NCBI GenBank assembly: GCA_026770705.1
Contig: JANJGN010000034.1
Span: 4,402,001 to 4,466,000 of the forward strand
Length of the DNA: 64,000 bases
DNA from: Isurus oxyrinchus
Lineage: Eukaryota
Direction: 5' to 3'
Made by a program: the position numbers and the translations under genes. Below the pieces are notes generated by a model. The model had not been told where the DNA came from. It saw only the letters and a program-made list of their open reading frames with translations, and searched no databases. Positions 13,877 to 26,689 of this stretch are shown in pieces (the stretch's first letter is position 1; each line of letters begins with the position of its first letter).

Positions 13877-13912
13877 AGTTAATGCGATTGAAGGAAAATA
13901 TTCACAACACAG
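13877..13912 (+). CDS. 36-nt phase-1 microexon (ELMRLKENIHNT)
   Basis: ttttaaattcag|AGTTAATGCGATTGAAGGAAAATATTCACAACACAG|gtaaga. Confidence 0.8.
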
Positions 13913-14571
13913 GTAAGAATGTGCAGCAGCGATTTATGTTCAACTTTTTATTAAGGCTGCTCATTACGACATCCTACTGCGTATAAAAATAAATGTTGTC
14001 CTTCGAATGTTAACTTTTTAAGCATATTGGAATGACTGAAAGATTGCCTTAAGTTGCTTTTAATTGGGCTTAACCGCAGGTAGCAGAGAAAATCATGGTG
14101 CAGGGATTGTAATCACACCACTGCGGTAGATCACCTTTAAAACTAGGTAAAAAGAACCACATGTATTTTTAAAAAGTTATATTAATTATGATAGGCTGCA
14201 GATTTTTTGATCATTATTATGATAATCAAAATTGTCTTGTCTTATTCATCCTATTCAAATAATAAATATTTTTTATCATTGGTATAATGAAGGTGGTTAT
14301 TATTGTGGTCATTATTATCGTCAGAATGTTAACTTTAACTGTGACTTGTTAATTATTAAATCCCATGATGTATCAATAGTATTCAGAGCTAAAGGCATAT
14401 TTGCATTAAAGTTGAGCGAAACCTACGTTATTCATGTTTAATTTAGTAATGGATGTTTCCCTTGTCATTATGAAGTATGAATCATTTGGTGTCAGAATGA
14501 AATCTCATCAGTAATTAAGCATTGATTTGCTATTTATTAATAATAATTTTCCATCACATCTTAATATTTAG

Positions 14572-14598
14572 ATGCCAAGCTGCAAAAGTACGAGGAAG
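14572..14598 (+). CDS. 27-nt phase-1 microexon (DAKLQKYEE)
   Basis: catcttaatatttag|ATGCCAAGCTGCAAAAGTACGAGGAAG|gtaggc. Confidence 0.8.
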
Positions 14599-15480
14599 GT
14601 AGGCCTTCTTAGTCTCGATTTAACAAGAACATTTGATAGCTGTTCACAATTGCCTTCAGGAGATGGTAATGACGTGTGATCTTCCATCATTATAGTCTAT
14701 GTAGTAAAACAAACAAGCACTGTTCAAGATAACGGCATTCATGGATATTCTCATCGTAACATTGTAGGAATGATGATATACTTCCAGGTCAGATCGGTGT
14801 GTGATTTAGTGAAGAACTTGCAGTTGTAAGTGTTCCCAATAATTTGATGTCCTTGCCCATCATACTGTAAGATATAATGGGTAACCGTTGTTGGTGAAGG
14901 AGATTACACTTTTTGTTGCATTTGGAGTTCTTAGCCACTGCCTCGACTGTGCGCCAGTGGTATAGGGAGACAGTTACAAAGGCAAACAATGGAATGTCGA
15001 AAAGAAGGCAACTTTATCCTGCCTGGAGTCGAGCTTCTTGAGTTTTGTGACCTTCATCCGCCTCCCACCTGCGACTCTGAAATTGATCGGATGCATTTTT
15101 TATTTGTTTTTTTCACCTGTTTGCCTTTAAGCATTAAATTCTAAATTATACGTCTAAGAAAAAAAGAGTTAATGACAGTTGCAACGTTACTAGTTATCCA
15201 GAAAGCGTATGGCTCAACAGGAAAGCATGCTTTTTGTTTGGCAAAAATGGGGATTTGGCACATTGTTCTTTGAATGATCCGTTAAATTTAGAGGCTATAG
15301 CGAAATGGTTGTTAAATTTCTTGGAAAAATTATTTTTAGAAGGACATTTGACGATTGAGTTATGGTGCTTATTTACACAGCTGTCGAAATTATAGTAGCA
15401 TTGGCAAAGCATATTGTTTGATGAGGATTGGCCTTATCTCCTCAATTAAATTGAAACGTTGTTTCTCCTCTTTTTTGTAG

Positions 15481-15536
15481 TCTCGGAGGAGCATGCAGAA
15501 AAGAAAGTGCCTCAAGAATGGAATCCATCACTTTGA
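15481..15536 (+). other. Exon-like segment without a matching donor; reads through as VSEEHAEKKVPQEWNPSL*
   Basis: Strong acceptor tttctcctcttttttgtag. GGAGCATGC core shared with the 40107 fossil. No GT at +27 or +36. TGA at 15534-15536; AATAAA at 15772. Confidence 0.4.
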
Positions 15537-17758
15537 TAGTGTGCCTTAACACACCGTATTTGCTATATGCCACTGATGAGTGCCATCATCTCTTGTTGGT
15601 TTTACACTCATCCAGGGAAATGATAGCAGCCATCTCTGTGATTGTGGTCAGCCTGTTTTTCAGTTGATGAGATACTCACCATTAAATTTCCTGCCTCTAA
15701 TTGCATTTGCGTGTCCAGTATTTAATGGACGATGAAGATAAGGTCGGAAGTTTGGTGGTGGTGGAATCACCAATAAATTTCAACTGAATGCAAAGGTTGA
15801 AGGGATAGCAGTTAAGTGAAATGGTTATTGATAAACATTGTGTTGTGTTGTGAAAATCTGCAATACGTTCACCTCATAATGAAGACAAGGTTAATGTTGA
15901 AGCATCTGTTTATGAGCCGGCCGAGTGCACTACCATACTGATCCTCACAGTATGTCCAAAAACTGAGATAAGCTCCCTTCATTAGTCGCAACCACTTTCC
16001 TCTGTCCTGTGCATCACTTCAGCAATAGAAAAAATCAGGCATGACTCCAGTAGACTTCAATTGTGCTCGTGCTCTTGTGTACCTCCCTAGACCAATGGTA
16101 GCTGTAAGGTCTCACACCTCAACTCTTCTGTCCAGATCCGTTGTCCAGGCCTCAGTAATGGCAATAATGAGGTCAATAGCTGAGTGTCTCCGTTGGATCC
16201 AAAATTAACAGCAGCAAGTGTGTTATTGTCACTGAGGTCCCTTCCAAAACATTCCCAACAACTTCTTACATCAGAGTGCCTGATCACCGAGGACAGCCCA
16301 ATGATGTAGTAGATAGGAAGAAGAATTTATTCTTTCGTTGCTAAGGAAAACATGTAAACAAATGATGCCTAGTCCTCAGGATGCGTTTTGTTTTCCACGT
16401 CCAATTGGCACATGAAGCTGAAGGAAGTTAAAATGTGTTCAAACTTGTATTTTGCAATGACGTGTCGAACACCGCCAATTTTGGGGGTTCGATGTTTCTG
16501 CAGCCTGTTTATTGTGTTAATCGTTTACTTTTAGAATGCTACTCACGTCTTGATGTGGCTGTACTGCAGTGCTTTCGCCAAACCTATTATTTATGTATTT
16601 ATTTAATTATTTTCCTGTTTTACTCCATCGATCTCAAGCTGTTGCGACTAAAACCTCGCAAATTTGCCACAAGTGTGCATAGGTTATTGAGGAGGCCTGT
16701 CAAGGCCAATTGAGAAATATGTTACCTCGGAAATTTCTGAAGCAGAGTTTGGTATTTGGTGCTCGCTCATTTTTATTTTCCTGTGTGCCATAATGAATAT
16801 GATTCTTAGTCGGTTTATAATCCAAACTTTCTATCCCATTGCACTGGTTATATCTTATTTGTGATTTTTCCATTTCGTACATACATCTGGAATATGTCCT
16901 TATCATTTTCAGTCCAGTATTGGCTTTCAGACTGGTGTTAGGATTTCACTGGTGTGATAATATTGAGAGTCATTTCTCAGGGGTTATGGAGCAAGACTGG
17001 CCACCATAGTTCTTAAACTTCGGAACCTAAAGGGCGCTAAATAAAAAATGAAAAGTCATCATTTAAAGAGACAAAGACATTTGCCTTGGATATTCGTTTC
17101 TTTTGGGATGCATTAAACGCCTCGGCATTTTTCATGCCCTTTGCGATCAGACATAGAAGTTGCAAACATAGGCATTACTGAAGTAGTAAAAGAAAACTGA
17201 AACAAGTTAGCAATCACTGTCCTGATGGAGGATCTGAAAACTGATATGTTATATGAACGAGGTAGACATATCTGAATGCCCTTAATCACTACTAGATGAT
17301 GGAGACACAGTGAACACTTTGTGCGATATGAATCATGATATTTGAATTAAATCTGTGTAAAACGTTGTCTGGCAGTCATGTGTATTGGGGGGAAATTTAA
17401 AAACGTAGCATCGTGATGCGAGACATTGCACACATTGGCCTATTTTGGCTTGCACTTCAACTTGAAAGGAAGTATAAATACTGTAACGCCAGATTTACAA
17501 CCAAAGCAAATGGATTTCTGCTCCAAAGGTCATTCAATGAATTAAAATGCTGGTAGGATTAGTGGACCAAAAATTAAGGAGCCGAAGACACAATTTAAAG
17601 CGTTTTTATTTTGTGTCAAATATCCATCAGTAAAATATACAATGATTAAGATGCCGCAATGCAGATTGCACTTGTGAATCCATCTTGAAGTAATTTAATA
17701 ATATATGGTTTCATCCTTTAATTTCGAGAAGCTGGTGATTTCTGAATGATTTTCACAG

Positions 17759-17794
17759 AAAACGAAGATCTGAAGATTGCTCTGAAAGATGCAA
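17759..17794 (+). CDS. 36-nt phase-1 microexon (ENEDLKIALKDA)
   Basis: gattttcacag|AAAACGAAGATCTGAAGATTGCTCTGAAAGATGCAA|gtgaga. K.ALKD is shared with 56718. Confidence 0.7.
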
Positions 17795-18039
17795 GTGAGA
17801 AAGCTCACCGAAAAGTGCTCACAGCCCCCTTAGTACTTTATTTATAATCAGGAAAGTCAGAAATCAATATGTCACCTTGTCACGCCAAGGTAGAGAAATA
17901 AAAGAGCCTGTGTTTATGCTCAATTTTAAAGATATCTCAAAATGTGGAGGCGAGGAATATCGCACAACATTCTTGCTACTGAACTGTATAGTGTTAACAT
18001 CATATGATAAAAAGTAATGTTCAGCTTCCACTTATATAC

Positions 18040-18890
18040 CTGACCTTCTGTCTTGTGCCATTTCAGTCAAAGGCTTTTAATCAGTAATTGCCCATTTATT
18101 CCGCTGCTTCATCAAGTACCTTCCCTCTGTCATATTGTTTGATGTGAGGCTGTTTGCTGATGATTGTCAAAATTCAGGGACATTTACGACTATTCAGATA
18201 CCGTATCAGTCCTTTTCCAAACTTTAGAAAAACCTGGGCTGTATCCAGGCTTGAGTTGAAAAGTGCCAAGAAACATTCCCACCACACAAGTGCCAAGGAA
18301 TGACCATTTCCAAGAAGACAGAGTGCAAGAATTGCACATTTACATTCGAAGTTATCGCCTACGCTGAATCACACACTTTAAGTATCCTGAGTGTGACCAT
18401 TGAACAGAAACTGAATTGTACTAGCTGTGTAAATGCTATGGCCACAAGAGCATGTCGGGGGCTAGAAATCCTGACTTTGCAAAGCCTGTCCACCATCTAC
18501 AAGACACAGGACAGCAGTTTGAAGGCTTGTCCTCCACTTGCTTGGATGATTGGAGCTCCACGACCTTCAAAAAGATTGAGACCATCCAGGACACAGCATC
18601 CTATTTCATTGCAACCCCACCCACAAATATTCACTCCCTGCACCAGCGACGCACATTGGCAGCACTGTATATCAACTACAAGATGCACTGCATGAACCCA
18701 GCAAGCCCATTTATACAGTGCTTGCCTAACTCACGACCACTACCATCTAGAAGGACAAGGACAGCAGACATATGGGAATATCACTACCCCCAAAGTTCCA
18801 ATCCAAACAAATTATTTTTCTGACTTTGAAATGTTTCGCCATTCCTTCACTGTCACCGAGCGGAAATCGTGGAAATTCCTTCATAACATG
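18040..18890 (+). mobile_element. Decayed L2-like LINE 3' part
   Basis: LFADD motif (ctgtttgctgatgat, ~18150), then PHKCQ.MTISKK and TNIHSLHQRRTLAA..YKMHC. Confidence 0.85.
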
Positions 18891-20640
18891 TTGACATATG
18901 AATGCTATGGAAGTGTGCTTTACATCAGTACGTGAACATCACTGAATCAGTATGGATTGCTGCAACACTCGGAAACACCATGGTCGAGTTTTCAAATGTT
19001 TGTTGCGCTTTTCCAGATGTTTTTGTGCCCATAGTTAAATACCTACATCGGGGGGTTTCAAATGACCCTGATACGCCAGCCCAGCAAGCCAGTCAGTACT
19101 ATAACATATTAAAATTTAATAATTTCCCAACAATGAAAGGACATTTTGGATAACTTTAACTTCTTTGCACTTAATGTACAGCACGTTCACGAGGTTTGCA
19201 GAGTCATCTCAGAAAAGCATCCGCTTACTACCACTTAGGGTTTATCTGCTTTCCTCCATGTACTACGTCAAAACCACTTGTAAAACTCTGGATTAGCAAG
19301 AACGCTAATTTTATCCATTCAGCGATACACCTAGGCTGATGATATCCATTTACAACTTAGAGTTCAGGTGGGCGACATAACGGGAAGATACTGCTACATC
19401 TCAAAACCCGAATATATTCACATATCAATTGGGCACTAAACTTCATAGCTACGGATAACAATTGTTTTCCAGCCAATTACGTCTCGCAATGAGGTCTTTA
19501 TCAGAGTCATATAACCTGTGTTCCTTTTATGGCTATGATGCACTGTCACTTATTGTAAAACAAAATATAAAAGCAACTTCGCCTCTAACACAAAAATTAC
19601 ATGCAAATATCAATTATGGAACTACATAAGGAATAAGCAGCATACCTAGATCTCTTGGCAAGTTTGCATTTTCCACTTATTTTTAAATTTCATGGTGAGA
19701 AATGGCACCATTAATTCATTGGATTATAGAGGTGAGAAGTATTTATTTTGATGTAGCTTGCTTCTCCTGGCGTCTTGAAATATCGATCCAAGTCGTTTCA
19801 CTTCTTGTATATTTCCCCACCCCATCCACATTTAAAATCGCCTTTGGAAGGTAGCAATGAATCTTCGCCCACCTTCCGTTCTGACAGTAACTATTCGGTG
19901 CATTTTTTTTTTGATAATTACTTTAAACACATGTCCACATCATCGGTACTTTCCTGCCATTAACAATAATCGTCTTGCCCCACAGACACGAACAAAATCT
20001 TACCAAATTTCAATGCACTCACTATTCATTCATTAATCCTTCTCACTCGAAGGACATTGGTTTCAATATGTACAAACACCCCGCCTCCCCCACAAAACAA
20101 TAGCAACAATCCCACATAGGGAGATGGTTACTGTTGCCAATAACTCCCAAGAGACTTTCAGGGCTTAATATGGTGATTATTATAGGTGCAAGAAATTCCA
20201 CACAAATATATAACTGAAGTCCGCCTAATTGCCGATAATTCACAGCCGTAACTGACTTGGTTTTTCCTTCCCCGCCACTCATCTTCCAGGACCCTGCATA
20301 TTTCAAAAACATAATCAACTTTTCCTCACAAGATTTAAAAATTGTAATTGTAATCGCTGGGCTACAAATTCACTTTTGCCACTAGGAAATAGGTCCTTTC
20401 ATTTTATACTTCCTCTTGCATGATAATTTGAAGTCATTTTTTCTATTTGCTAATGGTGTATTTCAATCCGGTGTCCATGTATACTGATGCATTTAAAGCA
20501 ATCTTAACTGCAATTTATCAGTGGCAAATTACTGACGTAGTTGTTATAGTTTTTAGCTAACGGGGATGGGGATACATAGTGAGTTGGAATTCCAGCATGA
20601 GTATTTATTGGCACTAGAATCTAAATTTGCTTTATTTCAG

Positions 20641-20667
20641 AGTTGAAATTGATTCGTTGGCAAAGTG
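20641..20667 (+). pseudogene. 27-nt exon (xLKLIRWQS) with donor GT>AT; possible in-frame cryptic GT 3 nt upstream
   Basis: tttatttcag|AGTTGAAATTGATTCGTTGGCAAAGTG|ataagt. The paralog at 47319 has gtaagt. Confidence 0.7.
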
Positions 20668-20789
20668 ATAAGTTACCAGCAAAATGCTTTATAAGAACAG
20701 ACGAAATAGAAGATGAAGTATTCGGCTTTGTGAATCGGATTCACCATATGCTTTTTACCTCTCTTCTACATGTTCACATTTTTCTATAG

Positions 20790-21150
20790 AATCCTATCCC
20801 AGAAAATACCCAGAGCCTTGAATATACTCAACAACTGACAATTCACAGGTCTCTCTGTAGATAATTTCAAAGAACCAAATAACTTTTTGCAAAATATTTC
20901 TAATCATTTCATTGTTAAATATCGTTGCTCATATTCCAAAATTATTCCCCCATTATTTCAGTTCTCCTGACAGGGAGAGGCGTTTCATACGATCGATAAT
21001 ATCAAGTTTCTTCAGAATTTTGAATGCTTGGAATATATCAGCTCACATGCTTCCGAACTTCAAGCCTTACTGGGCGAATCAACACAGTTTTTTTTCCCCC
21101 CTTCGTAGGCTGTTCACGTCTTATGACGAACCAATTTTGATGTATTCCCA
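20790..21150 (-). mobile_element. Decayed CR1 3' fragment (paralog ~47480-47830)
   Basis: Reverse complement reads ..gcattcaaaattctgaagaaacttgat..gttgttgagtatattcaaggc, typical of the CR1 ORF2 C-terminus. Confidence 0.6.
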
Positions 21151-21299
21151 CAAGGCGATATGTCATTATGTCACTGGACTGGATAGCCAGAAACCAAGCT
21201 AATGGCTTCCGTACAACAGTTCAAATAGGACGATTGCTTGTGAAGTTTGCATTGAATAAATAACTCTGGATTCATAACTGGACGCAGTAACATTCACAA

Positions 21300-24065
21300 T
21301 GACAAGAGTGAGATGTTTGTAAAATTCCATTGTGATCACTAATAAACCTTTACGTTGTTATATCATTCCCAGCGAAATAGTATTGGCATTATCGAAGAGC
21401 TTGTAAATAGCTCTGGAGTCATTTGTTCATAATATAAACTTAATGCAGAAATCAGATGCATCGAAGGCATCCTACAGGATAAACGTTATTCTAATCAGCT
21501 CATTTCGGGTTGTCTTTCGTGAAAACACATGAAGGGTGCGAAGGCCATCCATTCCATTCCTGAAAATGTCACAGCCTGCTTCAGATTGCACTGGGAGCGC
21601 ATATTATCTAAAACAATTTAAAGCCTTTCGTGTTGTTATTGCATACCAGCAACATGGAATAGTGAGATCTTCACCTGCTTCAGCTGTTGTCAAATGCCGT
21701 TCTTTTTCCCCATTTGCTCCGTTTACTCCGCCATATACCTTCAATAAGTGACAGCACCATAAACAGTATCTATTTGCAACCAATAAGCAACAGAAAACCT
21801 CACAAGCCAGCGAAAATTGGCAACCTAATTAATGATGACTGTAAACACCTAATAAATCTCTCTGACCAAATGCTCTCAGTAAATGAGGAGCTTGGTTTTG
21901 CGGAGGTTTCAATCTGGATGTGCCTTCTTCCCAAATCAAACGGGAAGAGGTACCAGCTGAATTCAAACTCCATTACTCACAACAATCACGTCACAAACCA
22001 GCGTCCATGGGCCTTAGCTGATCTAGCACATGGGCATTGTTTTGACATGCAAAATGACGGCCTGAATGGCTTGCGAGTCCTAAAAAGCAAGCCCGAGATA
22101 CACACAGTAATCCTGGCAAATGGATGATAATAGTCATTCACAACAAACGTGACCATATCAGCAAAATAAGCACCATTCTTAATGCTACTTCTAAATGCGT
22201 ATCCTTTTTACATGCTGCTCAACCTAACCGGGCAGACTTGCATTAATTAATGTGAAAACAAAGTGATGAGCATCTGAATGATACAAATGAGAGTGCTCGG
22301 GCTCATGGTTCACTACTTTTGCGTCTGTCTGGGTGCCCCAGTAACGCAAAAGTAATGTCCCTCTACAGATTCTCTTATCCACAACTACTTCTGCACAACA
22401 TAATTCACCAAATATCTGTGCGAACTGGTAATAACCAGTTTTGCCCAAGTTTTCCCCAAACGCAGGGAAGGACACCTTCACTCTTGGGGAGGCCACACAA
22501 GACTTCCCTAGCGATAGCAATGCTGCACTAATGCGCTTATGTGACATTACTAAGCTAGTCAATATTGCTCGAATTAAGGAAACCATTTATATATGCGCTG
22601 TAGAACTATATCAAACCGATCAGGACCGGCCACCATTATATGAATCAGTATTCATTAAAAATTATGTACTCAGCAATTCGGGCTGCTTGGGGCTGTTTCA
22701 ATGACACCATGGATGCCCAAATAGTTGGTCTTGCCACGGGATCCCCTCTCGCCACATCTGTTGCAAACGTCTTCGAAGTTTCCATGAGAGTCCAGTCTTC
22801 GATGGAATGACACAGATATCTCCATCACTTGCTAATTCCCAATATGTAAATGATAGATTTGCTATTTTTAAATCAAAAAATGCAAGTAACAATTTACTTA
22901 AGTACCTTATTTTTTTGCAACCTGCATTCAAATTTACCTATAACATTAAGCAGCCAAATGAACCCCCCTCCCTTGACGTGCACTTTGAGTAACTGCCACG
23001 GGATTCTCTACAACGATATACCACAACCCTGCCTTCCCTGGCTATTATAAACGTTGGCATCCTTACAATTGCATGCGCTAAAATATTGGTATTATTTGCG
23101 AAGTTGTAAATGGGCCCAAGTTATTTGGTCACCATGCAAGCTTGGTGCTGATATAGGGCACCACATAGGCACCCTGCAGGAAAATGGCTACGGTGATGAA
23201 CTATTGTTGCCCTGTTTATCACGCAAATTCACAAAAGGGTCAAAGGCCATCAATCCCTGCCATCAAACGCTCCCAGTCTACCTCAGAATGCCCTGGGAGA
23301 AAACTGTCTCTCAAAAATATGAACAACAGATGAGGCTCGTTGTTTCATGCAGTAGAAAGCTGAATGGTTTGCGACACGAACAGGATATTGCCGTCCAGGA
23401 AAATGACATGCTGTCTATCACATAAATGAGCAGTGTGGTATTTGATCCTCGGTGCCAATGTGAGGCTAGGTATGCAGGCCATACATCTCAAAGACTGGCA
23501 GATCGGATGGAACACTCTGTTCCATTCGCTTTTCGCAATGGGCAGGCTGCAGATGGTACACAACCAACCCGTGCTTGCAAAACACCAAAACAGGGTGTTT
23601 GACGTCAGGTGTGATTCCTCAATTGGAAATGATTTGCTCTATATTACTCCATGTGCTAAGAATTATGCAAACAGCCAATGCAAGTTTGTCAGTCAGGCTC
23701 GCAGTGTGGAGCATTTGCATGTCGTTGGGTTACATATATTAACATATGGATTAATGTTCTTTGCACACAGAAAGAAAACGTACATATATTGCATATTTTT
23801 CTGCTAGTAAACAATAAGAACCAGGCATTCACTGACTCATTCCTTAGGGAAATGGCTTGATCAAACAGAGTTAACATTTCAAACAATCCTTGGCAGTTAA
23901 CTGTGAGCAACCATTATTGGTGCATTCACAATGGCAATGCCACTTGCCAACAAATCAACTTTTCTTCACATATAGTGTAAATTGTAAATTTTTCCAAAAT
24001 ACCGGTATACTTAGGAGGGTCCTGACCAGTGCAAGACAAACAGAAATTTCTCTTTTATGAGTAAC
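21300..24065 (+). mobile_element. Penelope-like retroelement, near full-length decayed ORF preceded by a partial tandem fragment
   Basis: INLSDQMLS N-terminal block, then CDITKLVNI..KETI, a G.A.GSPL..ANVF remnant and RYVDE (copy 2), then GIY-YIG-like VVFD.RCQC.ARYAG.TSQRLADR. 21300-21690 repeats 23050-23350. Confidence 0.85.
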
Positions 24066-24194
24066 ACTCAAATAAAACGTAACATGCAGTTTGCTTTCAC
24101 TCTGGCTTTGGTGCCTTTTAGTGCAACTATTAGATAGGCTATTATTCTAATATGCTTTTGAAAGAAACATGTTTATTTTTTCGCTGGTTTGCAA

Positions 24195-24231
24195 AACTGA
24201 AAACTTTGCTACGTATCATTAAACAACTTAA
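24195..24231 (+). pseudogene. Fossil 36-nt exon with acceptor CAG>CAA, 1-nt insertion and GC donor
   Basis: ggtttgcaa|AACTGAAAACTTTGCTACGTATCATTAAACAACTTAA|gcaaga. Aligns with 50872 and lies ~1 kb upstream of 27-nt exon 25202. Confidence 0.6.
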
Positions 24232-25201
24232 GCAAGAAAGTGAGCCGCTATCTGTTTAAAACTCTTTTGCAGTTTTTGTCCATTCAGACATGAACAACAT
24301 AGCAGTTTTTCAAGGCTCCTAAATCTGGGTGTGTCAAAAGAACAATAATCTTGCTTTTCCCGGTTATATTTCATTGCAAGCCTTGTTCTAGAGTCAATAG
24401 ATCCTACTTCTCAAATAATTGATTTCCTAAATGGAACCGAATATCCGTCGTGGAGAATGGATTGCTCTGACCCTTGGTACATCTTTTGCAGAAAACATGT
24501 TTCTTCCTGAAAGTATGATGTAGAAAATTAATGCATATGAATAAAAGCAATTTAGCTGTTCCTTCCTTCCTTCTGTACTGGGTTGTATGCATCTACCAGT
24601 CTTTTATGACAAAACGATGATGCATCCACAAATCAAACGCCCCCTACCCCCGCCCGCCCCAAAACACCAAATGAAAAGATATCTGTGCCACCTTTTGAAT
24701 TTTCTCAGTTAGCATTTGCATCAAAATTTTTTGGGAGAGAGTTCCAGGTTCATGGATGTGAGATCCTTATTTTTTTGACTTCACACATAAAAGTTTTTCA
24801 CAAGAACATAAATTTACTGCTTCTTTTGCTGCCTTGCAATTTCAAAAAAGATTGACCATCAAACCGTTCAGATACTATCTTCCTCATGAACTCCTGACTT
24901 AGATTTGCATTTCTGCTCAAGCGAATCCAAGCCTGGTCTATAGAAAGGTGGTACATAATGTAACTCTTGGCCAGAGTCTCATTGCACTTAATCAGAAATG
25001 CAACATTCCAAGGTCACTGCATCCTTAATAAACTGTATTGGCCAAACATGAATGCAGTATTCTACACGATCACTTCATTCCAATTGGCTTAACTGTTTAA
25101 CCATCAAGAGCAAAAACGCAATGACACAGAAGGTGGAATGCCATATCTCGTGACAATCAACCACATTTCCGCCATAGATTCTGACTGTCTTTTTTTTACA
25201 G

Positions 25202-25228
25202 ATGAAAAGTTGGAAGCAAAAGATGACG
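25202..25228 (+). CDS. 27-nt phase-1 microexon (DEKLEAKDD)
   Basis: gtcttttttttacag|ATGAAAAGTTGGAAGCAAAAGATGACG|gtactt. Confidence 0.8.
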
Positions 25229-26689
25229 GTACTTTTGCAATTATTCATTCACAATTGCAATACAAATAGAGGTTGTTGCATTTTTTTCCCAAGGTTGTTC
25301 GGATTTCGACACCAGCAATCTGTTTTGTTCGAGGGCTTCACGAAATGATTTGGCATTTACACAGTCCTGGTTCATGTTTAGTCTCAATAAAGGATAAACC
25401 GCCACATAGGAGCTGAATGTGGAACACCAACTACTTTGGATTTTAACCTCGGATGAGATTCTGGTGCCATTGTAAATGTGTTATTCGCCTCTTTATGCAG
25501 CGACTTACTTCCTAACATTGAAAGGTTGTCGCTTTGCAGTCATTTGGGGCGTAAAATTTTCAACCATATACAAGTTAAATTACTAATGCTTAAATTTACA
25601 TAATCTAGAACGCACTACCAACTTAGTTTACATTGGTTAATAGAGACCTGTATCAGGAACGTAGAACGTTCGAAGCTGCTGAGCAGGACACATGCGAGTT
25701 AAGACCCAAACAAACACTTGACAAGGAAAGTTGACAAGTCCTAACAGCAATCTAACAAATCTCTGAAATCGGAACAAAACAAGGTCCTTCTCAGAAAAGA
25801 CAATTGACAAAAAATTGCATTTCCCTGCCAGCTGCTTTTGACGCGGATAGGTAGTGTTGTTTGGGATGGAGAGGGTTGAGCTAACCATAATCCCTCTAAG
25901 GCCCTTCAATGTTTTTTTTCCCGATATTATCTTTCTCCAATTTTGCATGAAATGCTTCTTGCACTAGACACAATTGTGGCCACAATGTTGGCCGTTCCTC
26001 CCTCTATTTTTTGTTGGGAGGATTGGATGAGATCAGGACCTATTAATGAGATGACGTTGGAAGGTGGCCATGTTATTGCATCTAGCAGTAATATGAAGGG
26101 GCCCACATCCCATTAGGGCCTCATTTTTGTTTCTGTCACAGTAAAGAACCACAACACCCCACACACTTCCACTTAGGCAGACCACATAGTGTCGGCACAC
26201 CACCGCCCATTGTTGCTCCCTCATATCTTACATAACCATTTAACACACATCTCTGACTACCACACCCACAGATCTAAACTTACATGGGTTGAGACCTTGG
26301 AGCTCACTTGGCCTGGAGTGCGATGCTTGAAACTGCTTGCAGTTCCACACTTGGCCACTGTTTATTCTGGCACGAGGAACTCGTGCCAATCTGATCACTC
26401 CAACCAGTCACTGAACCGGGATTTCTGCAGGATTGAGGGGTGCAGTTCCGGTCTCCAAACAATTCATGCTGATGGGAAACTTGAATGGCAGCGATGAAAT
26501 AAGCATTAGCGAGGATGTTGCCCCCACTAACTTCTGCAGGCCAGGCAGACATCCAAAAAAACTTATGCCTATGGGATTCAATTTCCTGATTCATCCATGT
26601 CTTAATTTTCACCGGAGCCTTCACCAATGCCAGAACTCCACGATGTTTTTGCGCTTCTCCAATTCTGGCAATTTCTATACCGCATTGCT

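Larger units (their letters stand above)
11770..15140 (+). repeat. ~1.5-kb tandem repeat: deleted unit 11770-12110, full units ~12110-13630 and ~13630-15095, stub to 15140
   Basis: Recurrent blocks: gggtaaccgttg at ~11900, 13406 and 14879; agcttcttga at ~12059, 13566 and 15032; acatcttaatatt at ~13056 and 14556. Each unit ends in a minus-strand L2 remnant (LKKLDS..DK). Confidence 0.9.

Noticed and set aside
11878-14989. Three related minus-strand ORFs (LKKLDS..DKV..FFIVSL..) resembling a small membrane-protein family
   Set aside because: They are the decayed L2 3' motif (LKKLDxxQDKAARLI) inside the tandem unit.
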